Assembly (NCBI GenBank): GCA_963753435.1
Contig: CAVWCF010000005.1
Span: 64,001-128,000 of the forward strand
Direction of reading: 5' to 3'
Length of the DNA stretch: 64,000 nucleotides
Origin: an uncultured Actinomycetota bacterium
GTDB lineage: Bacteria > Actinomycetota > Actinomycetes > CAVWCF01
The notes beneath the pieces were generated by a model that ran no database searches, was not told where the DNA came from, and was given only the letters and a program-made list of their open reading frames with translations. Every line of letters starts with the position of its first letter. The first letter of the stretch is position 1. The position numbers were made by a program, and so were the translations under genes. This document shows positions 42,549-52,429 of the stretch, piece by piece.

Positions 42549-43433
42549 CTAATCGGCCCCTGTGGTTGGGGGCAAAGCGGCAACGACATCTGCGAGGACA
42601 TCCTCAATGGGGGCCAGCAGTTGGCCCGCTGCGCGTCGCCCAACAGGCGTGACTGCGAGCACGGTCGCTCGCCCGTCACGCTCGGAGCGCCGGCGGCGAG
42701 CCACCACCCCAGCCCGCTCAAGTCGGTCGATGACCGCCGAGGCACCAGCGGTCGTGAGCCGAAGGCGGAGGGCCAAGTCCTTCGGCCGGGAAACCTCGGC
42801 GAAGGCGATGAAGGTCAGCGCGAAGCGGTCGGAGCTGGACCCGATCGCGAATCTCTCGCATGCTGCAGACACGCCGGATACATAGGTGGCACCAGCGCGG
42901 GCAATTTGGTCGAGCGCCTCGAACACATCCCTGGGGGACTTCCGGTCCTGCTTCTGCGGAGTTGCGTCAAGCAAGGCGGCGAGGGTTCGGAGTTCGCCGG
43001 CGTGCTCGGCGAAGCACTGCGACCAGGCAACCACCAGTGTCTGCAACCGCCGATGACCCTCAGCGTTGACCGAGAGATGGGTCAACCGGCGGTCCGCGGG
43101 ATCAGTACGACTCCGAATGACGCCTTGTCCGCGGAGTGCGAGTAATGAACGAGACACCGCACCTGGCGCCAGCCCAAGCGTGGCAGCGACCTCGCTCGGG
43201 GTCGAACCTGGTTGTGCGCGAATAGCCAAGAGGACCTGGACATCGACGTTGCTGAGCCCACCCCGACCCATGATCTTCACAGCCAGCGCTGAGATCTCGA
43301 CTGTCAAATCCGTGAGATGCACCAGGGATCGCGCCAGGAGTTCACGGCGGTCGGACTTCGGCTGGATGGCCACGTCTCCCGCGCCTCGGCCGCGACGTGC
43401 ACGCACGGTCGCGTCAGCCTGCTGAGTGGACAC
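42549..43433 (-). CDS. Tandem (double) MarR-domain regulator
   Basis: Two wHTH units: GAVSRSLLALRGQGVIRSRTDPADRR and AGASAVIDRLERAGVVARRRRSERDGR. Confidence 0.85.
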   Translation of the reverse strand: MSTQQADATVRARRGRGAGDVAIQPKSDRRELLARSLVHLTDLTVEISALAVKIMGRGGLSNVDVQVLLAIRAQPGSTPSEVAATLGLAPGAVSRSLLALRGQGVIRSRTDPADRRLTHLSVNAEGHRRLQTLVVAWSQCFAEHAGELRTLAALLDATPQKQDRKSPRDVFEALDQIARAGATYVSGVSAACERFAIGSSSDRFALTFIAFAEVSRPKDLALRLRLTTAGASAVIDRLERAGVVARRRRSERDGRATVLAVTPVGRRAAGQLLAPIEDVLADVVAALPPTTGAD

Positions 43434-43589
43434 GTAGGCAACCTACTAGGGGCGTCGCTCACTAGGGATTGCTAGATCGTGTGTATGTTCTATTCGTCAA
43501 TTTGGCGGGGAACGCATTCGGAAACTGTTGGCTTCCTCGCCACAACATCCAGATCTCTACGCCCAACTGGGCAGGAAAAGAGGACCAGC

Positions 43590-44024
43590 ATGTCAACCTC
43601 AGGGACCGTCACTCGCCGGCCGGGTGTAGTGACCTTCATCGGCGTCATCCTGCTCATCCAGGCGTTCCTGGCCGCGGTCGAGGGAATCGTCCTTCTTGCC
43701 TTCAAGGACGACGTACGTGACTTCCTCGCAACCTACGGCGAGTCCATTTCCGATAGCACCACGACCGCTACCGCGATCGGCTCACTGATCATGGCGGTGC
43801 TGCTCGCCCTAGCTGGCTCTGGGATCCTCAGCGGCAGCCGCGTTTGGCGCGGCATCACCGTGGCGGTCGTTGCTTTGCGCATGGGGTTCGCCCTGTACGC
43901 GATGATCGCGCACCCGCACGGCGCCTTCTTCACCACCGGGCTTGTGACCCTTCTGGTGGGCTTCTTCGTGATCTGGGCCCTGTATGGACACAAGGAGTCG
44001 GACGAGTACTACCAGAACAGCTGA
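43590..44024 (+). CDS. 4-TM actinobacterial membrane protein (DUF7144-like)
   Basis: RRPGVVTFIGV..GILSGSRVWR..VIWALY; ATG 43590 after AGAGGA. Confidence 0.8.
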   Translation: MSTSGTVTRRPGVVTFIGVILLIQAFLAAVEGIVLLAFKDDVRDFLATYGESISDSTTTATAIGSLIMAVLLALAGSGILSGSRVWRGITVAVVALRMGFALYAMIAHPHGAFFTTGLVTLLVGFFVIWALYGHKESDEYYQNS

Positions 44025-44038
44025 GCCTCACGTCGTCT

Positions 44039-44080
44039 GTGGGCAGGAGGACCGGGGAACACCTCGGTCCTCCTGCCCAC
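44039..44080 (+). terminator. Intrinsic terminator-like hairpin
   Basis: 16-bp perfect stem GTGGGCAGGAGGACCG/CGGTCCTCCTGCCCAC just after the stop codon. Confidence 0.8.
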
Positions 44081-44288
44081 GGCTAGTCCATGACCAAGTC
44101 AGGGAGCGAACCGGGCGCACATTGCGCTAGGGATGAATGACTCCGGGCGCCGCCTGGGCCTACGTGAGCCGGTCAGAAGAGCGCTGATCGAGCGGGTACG
44201 CCGGGTGTACTCGGAATTCAGCTCCTTCTGACCAGGCCTGAGTCGAGACTGAAGACTTCTGCTGCAATGCCTGAAACCTGACAGTTGG

Positions 44289-44570
44289 TCAGATGTTCGG
44301 CGAGAAGAACCTCGTAGCTGCGTCATCCCTGAAGAGGAGATGGATAGCGGCTAGCTCGAGAAGCCCGGCAAGCGGGAATCCCCAGGCGAGCAGTGGCGAG
44401 ATCAGCCCGAGCAGTAACAGCGTCACACCGATGGCGCAGACGTGGGCTTGGGTCACACCGGACCGAGTCAGGTCTTCGAGGATGCTTTCCGCATTGGTCA
44501 GGTAGATCAGGCCGAGGACGATCTCCAGGGCCCCAGCGATGATCAGTACGACCCCGGCGGCGGAGCCAGC
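44289..44570 (-). pseudogene. Probable internally deleted membrane-protein remnant
   Basis: GVVLIIAGALEIVLGLIYL..AIGVTLLLLGLISPLLAWG, then directly LAAIHLLFRDDAATRFF; no clear start codon. Confidence 0.45.
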
Positions 44571-44694
44571 ACGTGCATGCTGCGTTGGGTCGACTGCTTG
44601 CTGAAGAGTATTGGCGCCCACCGCCGGGTGCTCCCTCAAGACGGCGTACGTTGCTGTTGTCGGGCGTGGGACCGAACCGATCGAGAGAGGCGTT

Positions 44695-44919
44695 ATGGAC
44701 GAAGCGAACGCCAAGTTTCTGGTTGCGGGTATGACCTGCGGTCATTGCGTCAAATCCGTCACTGAGGCCATTTCCGGGCTCAATGGCGTCCTGACGGTCG
44801 ATGTGGAGTTGGCTAGCGACGGTCCGAGCTCGGTCGTGGTGTCCAGCACGGCTCCGCTGGACGCAGCAGTCGTCGCCGCAGCGGTCGCCGAGGCTGGGTA
44901 TGAAGTTGTGACCGTGTGA
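44695..44919 (+). CDS. copZ: CopZ-like heavy-metal-associated chaperone
   Basis: GMTCGHCVKSV..AVAEAGY; ATG 44695 after GAGAGG. Confidence 0.9.
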   Translation: MDEANAKFLVAGMTCGHCVKSVTEAISGLNGVLTVDVELASDGPSSVVVSSTAPLDAAVVAAAVAEAGYEVVTV

Positions 44920-46613
44920 GCACAGACTCAGCGGTGCCCGGAACACCCGAGACGGGATTGAATCCACGCCGTTGGTGGATGCTGGGCTTCCTGAGTGCAG
45001 CCATGACCATGGTCATGATCGACGCCACGGTCCTGAACGTCGGAGTCCCGCAGTTGGCGGCCGACATCGGCGCCTTTCCTGCGGACATCCAGTGGTTCAA
45101 CGCTGCCTACGCACTCGTCTTTGCCGCGTTGTTGATCACCTTTGGGCAGGCGGCCGATCGCGTCGGCTACCGACGGATGTTCGTTCTTGGTGCGGGTGTC
45201 TTCGTCCTGGCGAGCCTCGTAGTCGCATTCAGCCCGGCCGCGCCCGTGGTCATCGTTGGCCGCGCGTTGCAGGGAGTCGGCGGAGCCATGCTGGTGCCCG
45301 CCACCTTGTCGCTGGTGAATTCGCACTTCTTCGGTCGCGAGCGAGGCGCGGCCTTCGCCATCTGGGGAGTCGTCATCGGAGTCATCGCGGCTCTCGGTCC
45401 GATCGTCGGTGGTCTGGTGATCGAGGTCGCGAGTTGGCGCTGGGCCTTCGCCATCAACGTGCCGATCGCGGCAGCGGCGATCATCGGGGTGCTCATCACG
45501 ACCACGGCTCAGCAGCGACCCGACGGACCGCGGGCCGAATACGACATCGCCGGGGCGGCACTGTCGGCTGTCGCCGTTGGGGGACTGGTCTTCGCGCTGA
45601 TCGAGGGGCCCGTCTACGGGTGGGGGATTACCGAGGCGGAGACGGGTATTGGGCCGGTGACTTGGCCGGCCGGCGTCCCCTCCCCGGTCCTGGCCGCAGT
45701 GGTGGCCGCAGTCGCAGCCGGCCTGCTGTTCTGGCGGCGAGAGGTGCGACGTTCGCGCGCGGGACACACGGTGGTCCTGGATCTGACTCTTTTCCGGGTG
45801 CCCAGCTTCGCCGTTGGCACGGTCGTGGGTCTGGTCATCATGTTCGGTGAGTTCGGGATGATCCTCACCTTGCCGCTCTTCCTGCAGAACGTGATCGGCT
45901 ACAACGCGTTCCAGGCCGGCGCGACGGTTGCCAGCATCACCGTGGGTGGCTTGCTTGGCGCAAGCACTTCGGCCCGCTTCGTCGGGTGGAAGGGAACCGC
46001 GACCACCGTGCGTTGGGGTGTGCTCGCCCAGGTCGTGGCCATGGTCGGGATCGCTTCGGCGTACGCGCCCACCGCCTCAGCGTGGGACTTCGCACCCTGG
46101 CTCTTCCTGTTCGGCGTCGGCGTTGGCCTGACCAACGCCCAGTTGCTCAACATGGTTCTGGCGGACGTACCGGTCCGGCAGAGCGGACAAGCCTCGGCCA
46201 CCCAGAGCACCAGCCGACAGATCGGCATCGCGTTGGGCGTGGCCGTGATCGGCGCGGTTCTGTGGACTTCGCTCGACCGAGAACTGGACGCCCAGCTCGC
46301 CGACCCAGGGCCGGTCGAAGCCGCAATCAGCGAGTCCAGTGGTGCGGCGATCAACAGTCCAGACGTCGACCCGGCGGACCGTCTCGACATCAAGTTCGAC
46401 GCGGAAACCCAAGCGCAAGCGCAGGAGGCCTTTTCCAACGCGGTGGCCCGCGCCACCTATGTCGGAGCTGGTTTTGTCGCACTCGCCTTCCTGGCGATGG
46501 CGCCAATTCGTAGCGGGGCCCGGCGTGCACCCATCCCGCAACCGGCCGTGCCGGCTCCAGCTGGCTCGCGGCGCCCCACTGACGGCGAGGCCGCAGAAGC
46601 TTCGGGCGAATAG
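44916..46613 (+). CDS. DHA2-type (14 TM) MFS transporter
   Basis: IDATVLNV, GQAADRVGYRR, GRALQGVGGA, WRWAFAINVP; GTGA overlap with copZ. Confidence 0.9.
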   Translation: MSTDSAVPGTPETGLNPRRWWMLGFLSAAMTMVMIDATVLNVGVPQLAADIGAFPADIQWFNAAYALVFAALLITFGQAADRVGYRRMFVLGAGVFVLASLVVAFSPAAPVVIVGRALQGVGGAMLVPATLSLVNSHFFGRERGAAFAIWGVVIGVIAALGPIVGGLVIEVASWRWAFAINVPIAAAAIIGVLITTTAQQRPDGPRAEYDIAGAALSAVAVGGLVFALIEGPVYGWGITEAETGIGPVTWPAGVPSPVLAAVVAAVAAGLLFWRREVRRSRAGHTVVLDLTLFRVPSFAVGTVVGLVIMFGEFGMILTLPLFLQNVIGYNAFQAGATVASITVGGLLGASTSARFVGWKGTATTVRWGVLAQVVAMVGIASAYAPTASAWDFAPWLFLFGVGVGLTNAQLLNMVLADVPVRQSGQASATQSTSRQIGIALGVAVIGAVLWTSLDRELDAQLADPGPVEAAISESSGAAINSPDVDPADRLDIKFDAETQAQAQEAFSNAVARATYVGAGFVALAFLAMAPIRSGARRAPIPQPAVPAPAGSRRPTDGEAAEASGE

Positions 46614-46686
46614 CGGCTCTCACGCCATACGTAAGCGCCGGCCTGCTCGTGATTGCGGTGGGCGGCCCTCGCGACTGACAGCGCTG

Positions 46687-47463
46687 CTAGTTGACTCCGC
46701 GCTCGCCGTGGTTCCTGCGTGACAGCAGGACCAAGGCCGCGCCGAGAACTACCAGCGCCACTCCAACCGGAACGATCCGGGCGCTGCCCACCCCGCCCGT
46801 GTCCGCCAGCCCACCACCGAGGTCGACAACCGAAAGAACAAGCGTGTCTTCAGATGGGCTCGGACTTGGGCTTGGCGTCGCGATGTCGGTTGGTGAGGAA
46901 GTAGGCGTTGGCGTCCCCGAACCAGTTGGTGTCGGGGAAGCCGTGGCCGTTTGTGTCGGCGACACCGTTGCCGTCGGCGTCCCCGAGACGGTTGGTGTCA
47001 CTGTCGGTGTCGGTGTAGTCGTGACCGTCGCGGTGGGGGTCGGGGTGGGGGTCGGGGTGGGGGTCGGCCCGGCTGACTCGATGCGAATGACCTTCTGCTT
47101 GCCGGTCCCGTCATCAAACTCGTAGACGATCTTGTATTGGCCGGGGGCCGGATCCCCGTCAACGCGGATGCAGAGCTGGCCGTTGGCGTTGGTCGTCGCA
47201 GTTATCGATCCAACTTCATCCCCGCCGGGTTGCGTATAGGCGGTCACAGTTCCCTGCGAGAAGGGCTCGAAGCCGGTGAAGTAGAGACTGAAGGGCACAA
47301 CCACAGTCGATGCGTTCCCGGTGCCGGAGCAGTCCGGGGTATCGCGAACGATCAGTGTGCCCTGCCCACGCGCCGAAGGGGCGGCGACGGCAGGTACCGA
47401 AACCATTGCTGTGAGCGCAGTGACAGCAGTGACGGCAAGGCCCTTGGCAAGTTTGCGATGCAC
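46687..47463 (-). CDS. Cell-wall-anchored protein with PT repeats and LAXTG sorting signal
   Basis: Signal peptide from GTG 47463 ([18 protein letters not shown]), small Cys-pair domain, (PT)n linker, LADTG, TM, RR. Confidence 0.8.
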   Translation of the reverse strand: MHRKLAKGLAVTAVTALTAMVSVPAVAAPSARGQGTLIVRDTPDCSGTGNASTVVVPFSLYFTGFEPFSQGTVTAYTQPGGDEVGSITATTNANGQLCIRVDGDPAPGQYKIVYEFDDGTGKQKVIRIESAGPTPTPTPTPTPTATVTTTPTPTVTPTVSGTPTATVSPTQTATASPTPTGSGTPTPTSSPTDIATPSPSPSPSEDTLVLSVVDLGGGLADTGGVGSARIVPVGVALVVLGAALVLLSRRNHGERGVN

Positions 47464-47640
47464 GAATCCGACATTAGGTACACAAAGCCACGGGATCCCG
47501 CAGCCGCGCCGGATCTCGCGTTCTCGGGCGGGCCGATGGCACGGGGGGAATCTCGTGAACCGGCCCCGCGCGGCAATTCCGGCCCCTACGTTGCTCTTTG
47601 ACCAGGACGAAATCTGCAGAGTTTGATCCTTGGAGATGCC

Positions 47641-49455
47641 ATGCGAGTCCATGAGCCTTTGCGTACTGGAATCCTCAACAAGTCCCTCGGCCGCCGAATG
47701 GTCGCGGTAGGTGCAGCCGCCGCGCTCACGTTCGGTGCCCTGGCCGGGGCGGCAGCCGCCGCGTCGGCCAACCCCGGTGGAAAGCCCAACCCGCCTGGGA
47801 ACCCCGACCCGAGGGGGCAACTGGTCAACCTGCAGTTGCTCGGCTTCAACGATTATCACGGACACCTGGAAGACGACACGGCCGGAGATGTGGACGGTGA
47901 GCGAGCCGGCGGTGGTGAATACCTCTCGGCCAAGCTGAATGAACTGCGCGCCGGGCAGAAGTACTCGTTGACCGTCGCCGCCGGCGACCTGATCGGTGGC
48001 AGCCCGGCGCTGTCGACGCTGTTCCACGACGAACCGTCCGTGGAGTCGCTCAACGCGATGGGTCTGGACGTTTCCGGCGTCGGCAACCACGAGTTCGACG
48101 AGGGCGTCGATGAGTTGCTGCGCATGCAGGCCGGCGGTTGCCACCCCGTCGACGGGTGCTACTTCCCGGGCGAGCCATACGCGGGCGCTGATTTCCCCTG
48201 GCTTGCCGCCAACGTTCAAAGCGAAGCATCCGGTGACACCGTGTTGCCGCCGTACTGGATTGAGCGATTCCAGAACATCCAGGTCGGCTTCATCGGGATG
48301 ACGCTGGAGGCCACTCCGACGCTGGTGGACAAGGGAGGAATCCGCGGCTGGGAGTTCCTCGACGAGGCTGAGACGGCCAACGCCCTGGTGCCAGAACTCA
48401 AGAAGAAGGGGGTCGAGGCGATCGTCGTGCTCCTGCACGAGGGCGTGCAGCAGAACCCGCCGCCGGGCGACATCAACGCCTGCAACGATGTCAGCGGTCC
48501 GGTGTTGGCAATCCACGACGCACTCGACCCGGAGATCGACGCGATGATCACCGGTCACACCCACCAGCCCTACAACTGCACTCTGACCGACCCGGATGGG
48601 ATGCCGCGACTCGTCACGAGCGCCTACTCGTTCGGCCGCGTGGTCACCGAGATGAACCTGGTGCTGGACAAGCGGACCAAGGACGTTCGCCGGGACCTGA
48701 GTTCTGCCGCCAACCACGCGGTGATCCAGTCCGAACTCGCCCCCGACCCGGCCATCACGAAGGTCATCGACAAGTGGCTGCCCCTGTTCGAAGAGGTCGG
48801 CAACGACCCGGTCGGAACGATTACTGCCGACATAGTCAGGGGCGGGACCCCTCCTGGCTCGGACCGCGGTGTGGAGTCATCGGCCGGCAACCTCGTCGCT
48901 GACGCCCAACTCGCTGCGACGAAGGATCGTTACGGTGCGCAAATCGCATTCATGAACCCCGGCGGAGTGCGCTCCGACCTTCGATACGCGTCATCCTCGG
49001 CCGGCGAGGGTGATGGGGTCGTCACATTTGGTGAGGCCCTTACCTTCCAGCCGTTCAACAACTCGATCTTCAGTTTCGAGATGACCGGGTCGCAGATCGT
49101 TGACGTACTCGAGGAGCAGTGCCAGCCGGCCGGTTCCAGTCGGGCTTTCCTGCACCTCGGAGTCTCGGATGGGCTCACGTACGACCTGGCCAAGTCCATA
49201 GTGGGCGGGAACTGCGTGTCGGTTTCGATCACCAACGTGGAGTTGAACGGCGTCGCGCTCGAAATGGCCTCGACCTATGTGGTCACGGCCAACGGGTTCC
49301 TGGCAAACGGCGGTGACAACTTCACCACGTTCGAGCAGATAGCCAACGTCGACAAACTCGACGGTGGACTGGACCTCGACGCGCTCACGGCCTACCTGGG
49401 TGCCAACAGTCCGGTTGACCCGCCGTCTACTGATCGGGCAAACGAACTGCCCTAG
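47641..49455 (+). CDS. Secreted 5'-nucleotidase/metallophosphoesterase
   Basis: NDYHGHL, AGDLIG, GNHEFD, LLHEG, GHTH, NPGGVR; signal peptide containing RR. Confidence 0.93.
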   Translation: MRVHEPLRTGILNKSLGRRMVAVGAAAALTFGALAGAAAAASANPGGKPNPPGNPDPRGQLVNLQLLGFNDYHGHLEDDTAGDVDGERAGGGEYLSAKLNELRAGQKYSLTVAAGDLIGGSPALSTLFHDEPSVESLNAMGLDVSGVGNHEFDEGVDELLRMQAGGCHPVDGCYFPGEPYAGADFPWLAANVQSEASGDTVLPPYWIERFQNIQVGFIGMTLEATPTLVDKGGIRGWEFLDEAETANALVPELKKKGVEAIVVLLHEGVQQNPPPGDINACNDVSGPVLAIHDALDPEIDAMITGHTHQPYNCTLTDPDGMPRLVTSAYSFGRVVTEMNLVLDKRTKDVRRDLSSAANHAVIQSELAPDPAITKVIDKWLPLFEEVGNDPVGTITADIVRGGTPPGSDRGVESSAGNLVADAQLAATKDRYGAQIAFMNPGGVRSDLRYASSSAGEGDGVVTFGEALTFQPFNNSIFSFEMTGSQIVDVLEEQCQPAGSSRAFLHLGVSDGLTYDLAKSIVGGNCVSVSITNVELNGVALEMASTYVVTANGFLANGGDNFTTFEQIANVDKLDGGLDLDALTAYLGANSPVDPPSTDRANELP

Positions 49456-49503
49456 GCGGCGGACTGCCGGTAACCGCCGGACCGGGGGCCATCAGGCGTG
49501 GTC

Positions 49504-49542
49504 GGACGCGGTCCGCGAGTTCTACTCGCGGGCCGCGCGTCC
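49504..49542. terminator. GC-rich hairpin between convergent genes
   Basis: CGCGGTCCGCGAGT-tct-ACTCGCGGGCCGCG core. Confidence 0.6.
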
Positions 49543-49547
49543 GGGAA

Positions 49548-50057
49548 TCACGGGGCCTGGGCCAGGTGCTCGCGCGCCAGGCTGTAGTCCGCCGATGTCG
49601 GGGCTTGAGCCAGGTGCTCGCGCGCCAGGCTGTAATCCGCCGATGTCGGGGCTTGAGCCAGGTGCTCGCGCGCCAGGCTGTAGTCCGCCGACGTGGAGAC
49701 GACCGGCTCGGTCACGGTCGCGCCGGTCCAGCCATCCGGGGCTTGGGCCAGGTGCTCCATGGCGAGGCTCGTCTCGTACGACGCGACGGCGGCGAGGCTG
49801 CTCACCCGATCCTCCAAACCAGCAATTGTGCTGGATTGGCTCTGGACTCCGAGTGCGTAACCCAATGCGCCGATCGCGATAGCGGCGACGACGGCACCGA
49901 GGATCGTCAGCCAGTTCAGCGGGATGCGGCGAGTCGGCGTAGTGCCGGTCTCCGCTTCGCGCGTGGGCAGCCAATCCTCGTGCCCAGTACCCACGCCCGG
50001 GCTAGTCCACCGATCAACCGTGGTCTGTTCCAGCGGCCTTTCGAGCGTGGTTGTCAT
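49548..50057 (-). CDS. Single-TM hypothetical protein with C-terminal 16-aa repeats
   Basis: ATG 50057 after GAGG, one TM helix, short coiled coil, three copies of TSADYSLAREHLAQAP. Confidence 0.75.
   Translation of the reverse strand: MTTTLERPLEQTTVDRWTSPGVGTGHEDWLPTREAETGTTPTRRIPLNWLTILGAVVAAIAIGALGYALGVQSQSSTIAGLEDRVSSLAAVASYETSLAMEHLAQAPDGWTGATVTEPVVSTSADYSLAREHLAQAPTSADYSLAREHLAQAPTSADYSLAREHLAQAP
49551..49694 (-). repeat. 48-bp tandem repeat x3 (degenerate fourth copy at about 49737-49778)
   Basis: cggggc(c/t)tg(g/a)gccaggtgctcgcgcgccaggctgta(g/a)tccgccga(t/c)gt, with no spacers. Confidence 0.92.
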
Positions 50058-50194
50058 CTTCCTCACCCCCTTACCGAGGGGCGGGGCCGGGATCCCGGGT
50101 GGAACCCGGTCCCAATTTCAGAGTCGTTCGAAGCCGTCGGCCTCGCTAGGGTCCTACGTCACCATCCGCCGGTCCGATCAACTGGGAGGACTAC

Positions 50195-51346
50195 TTGTCA
50201 GCACGCGATATCGATCGGGCCGAACTGCGGCCCGAAACGCGGGTCGTCTCCTTGGGGCGCGGTTCCCGCGGACCCGGGGAGCCGATGAATGTGCCGATCG
50301 TGCCGGCTTCCAACTTCCGGGCCGCGGCCTCGGCTGAAGACCCGTCCCGGGAGTACTCCCGCGACGATGGGACGCCATCGTGGGAGGCGCTGCAGAGCGT
50401 GCTGGCTGACCTTGAGGGTGGCCACGCGGTTGCGTTCGCTTCCGGGATGGCGGCGATTGCCGCTGTCATCGAGTTGCTGCCGGCAGGCAGCAAGGTTGTC
50501 GTCCCCATCGACTGCTACACGGGCGTTACCGGCCTGCTGGCCGACGGCGCTGCCCTCGGCCGCTTCCAGCTCGTCCGGGTGTCCGGGACAAACACCGAGG
50601 AGGTGCTGGCCGCCCTGGAAGGGGCCGCGCTGCTGTGGCTGGAGACGCCGAGCAACCCGCTGCTGGACGTGCTCGACGTTGCCGACCTCACGCGCGCCGC
50701 GCACGAAGCGGGTGCCGTTGTGGCGGTCGACAACACCTTCGCCACGCCGCTGCTGCAGAACCCGCTGTCCCTGGGCGCGGACTTCGTCGTGCACAGCGCT
50801 ACCAAGTACCTCGGCGGTCACTCCGATCTGCTCCTCGGAGTTGCTATCGCCTCCACCGAGGCAGACGCGGCACGGCTGCGTCGGCGCCGCCAGATCTCGG
50901 GAGCAACGCCCGGGGCGCTTGAGTGCTTCCTCACCCTGCGGGGGATCCGCACGCTGGCCGTGCGGCTTGAGCAGTCACAGCGCAGCGCAGCGGAACTGTC
51001 CCGGCGACTGCTGGAACACCCGGCGGTCACGACGGTTCGCTATCCGGGGCTCGACAGTCATCCGCAACACCGCATTGCCGCGAGTCAGATGCGGGGCTTC
51101 GGCGCGATGGTCTCGTTCGAAGTAGCCGACGCAGCCGTGGCCGATGCGGTCTGTGAGAACGTCCAGTTGATCGAGTCGGCAACCAGCCTTGGCGGCGTCG
51201 ACTCCACCATTGAGCGTCGAGCCAAGTTGCCCGGGCAAGAACACGTTCCGCCGGGGTTGCTGCGACTCAGCGTCGGCGTCGAGCACGTCGAGGACCTCTG
51301 GGCCGACTTGTCGGCTGCTCTTGATCAGGTCAACTCGGTTCGCTGA
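50195..51346 (+). CDS. Second trans-sulfuration PLP enzyme (cystathionine gamma-synthase/lyase family)
   Basis: FASGMAAI, LETPSNP, DNTFATP, HSATKYLGGHSD, TSLGGVDS. Confidence 0.9.
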   Translation: MSARDIDRAELRPETRVVSLGRGSRGPGEPMNVPIVPASNFRAAASAEDPSREYSRDDGTPSWEALQSVLADLEGGHAVAFASGMAAIAAVIELLPAGSKVVVPIDCYTGVTGLLADGAALGRFQLVRVSGTNTEEVLAALEGAALLWLETPSNPLLDVLDVADLTRAAHEAGAVVAVDNTFATPLLQNPLSLGADFVVHSATKYLGGHSDLLLGVAIASTEADAARLRRRRQISGATPGALECFLTLRGIRTLAVRLEQSQRSAAELSRRLLEHPAVTTVRYPGLDSHPQHRIAASQMRGFGAMVSFEVADAAVADAVCENVQLIESATSLGGVDSTIERRAKLPGQEHVPPGLLRLSVGVEHVEDLWADLSAALDQVNSVR

Positions 51347-51388
51347 GGGCAGGCTTTCTGGGCGGCCGCACGTCTAATCTTTCGCGCT

Positions 51389-52384
51389 GTGCCGAAGCTG
51401 CAGGTGACCGCCACCGACATCGAGCGGATAGCCGACAAGACGCTGCTCTCCTACGGGCGCAACAGCGGGGCTAAACAGTCCGCCTTCTGGGTCTTGCTGG
51501 CGTTGTCCGCGGTGATCGCCACCGCCGGTGTGATGAACGACTCCGACGCAACCGTCATCGGCGCGATGATCGTCGCGCCGCTAATGACACCGATCCTGGG
51601 GGTCGCTTTCGCGATCGTCATGGCGGATCGTCGTCGCGCCTGGCGTTCAATGCTGGTGGTCGCCGGGGGAGCCCTGCTGGTCATTGCAGTTGCCTACGGA
51701 TTCGGCCTGACCGACACCCTGGACTCGATCACCACCGGCAACGGCCAGGTGGCCGGCCGAGTGAACCCGAAGATGATCGATCTGATTGCCGCCATCGCGA
51801 CGGGGCTGGTGGGCGCCTTCGCGCTGGTGCGTGCCGACGTTTCCGACACCTTGCCTGGGGTTGCTATCGCCATCTCGCTGGTGCCCCCGCTGGCGGTCGT
51901 CGGCCTGACGCTGGAGGAGGGCAAGGCGGATGAGGCGGCCGGTGCGCTCCTGCTCTTCGGCACGAACGTGACGGCGATCATCTTCACCGCCACGTTATTG
52001 CTGCTGGTCTACAAGGTCCGCGATGCCGCCGCGGCCGCGGGTTACCCGATTGGCCAATTCAAGGGGCGTTCGCTGGGGCTCGTCGCTCTGGCGGTCGCGG
52101 TGATCGCAATCCCATTGGCCGTAGGCACCCAGAAGGTTGTGCGCGAGACCTATGCCCGAGTGCAGATAACTCCTATCGCCAACGAATGGGCCGAGGAGAA
52201 CGGTTGGGAGGTTGAGCGCATCGACGTGGACGCGTCGACGGTTACGGTCACAGCTGTCGGTCGGCCTCCCGAGATCAGCCCGGAGGTGCTGCGGCAGGAG
52301 TTGGACGATCAAGGGTTCACCGACTTCGACCTGAGGGTGGAACTGATCATCGGGGGCGAGGTGTCGTTGCCCGGAACGGGCTAG
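51389..52384 (+). CDS. DUF389 family membrane protein
   Basis: DSDATVIGAMIVAPLMTP and LPGVAIAISLVPPL. Confidence 0.9.
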   Translation: MPKLQVTATDIERIADKTLLSYGRNSGAKQSAFWVLLALSAVIATAGVMNDSDATVIGAMIVAPLMTPILGVAFAIVMADRRRAWRSMLVVAGGALLVIAVAYGFGLTDTLDSITTGNGQVAGRVNPKMIDLIAAIATGLVGAFALVRADVSDTLPGVAIAISLVPPLAVVGLTLEEGKADEAAGALLLFGTNVTAIIFTATLLLLVYKVRDAAAAAGYPIGQFKGRSLGLVALAVAVIAIPLAVGTQKVVRETYARVQITPIANEWAEENGWEVERIDVDASTVTVTAVGRPPEISPEVLRQELDDQGFTDFDLRVELIIGGEVSLPGTG

Positions 52385-52429
52385 CCGGCGAGATCTTGAG
52401 TCAATGACCGCTTTCTGGAAGGGCGACAT

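Noticed and set aside
44133-44231. Short ORF MNDSGRRLGLREPVRRALIERVRRVYSEFSSF as a toxin remnant or small protein
   Set aside because: Too short, with no convincing motif or RBS
46687-48717. 676-aa minus-strand ORF as a single gene
   Set aside because: The N-terminal ~418 aa are the antisense shadow of the 5'-nucleotidase and the intergenic region; only 46687-47463 looks like a real protein
49551-49694. 48-bp repeats as a CRISPR array
   Set aside because: The units are contiguous with no spacers, preserve a reading frame with only synonymous differences, and there are no cas genes
50060-50194. SAM riboswitch upstream of the second trans-sulfuration gene
   Set aside because: No SAM-I or SAM-IV core motifs, only one GC-rich hairpin
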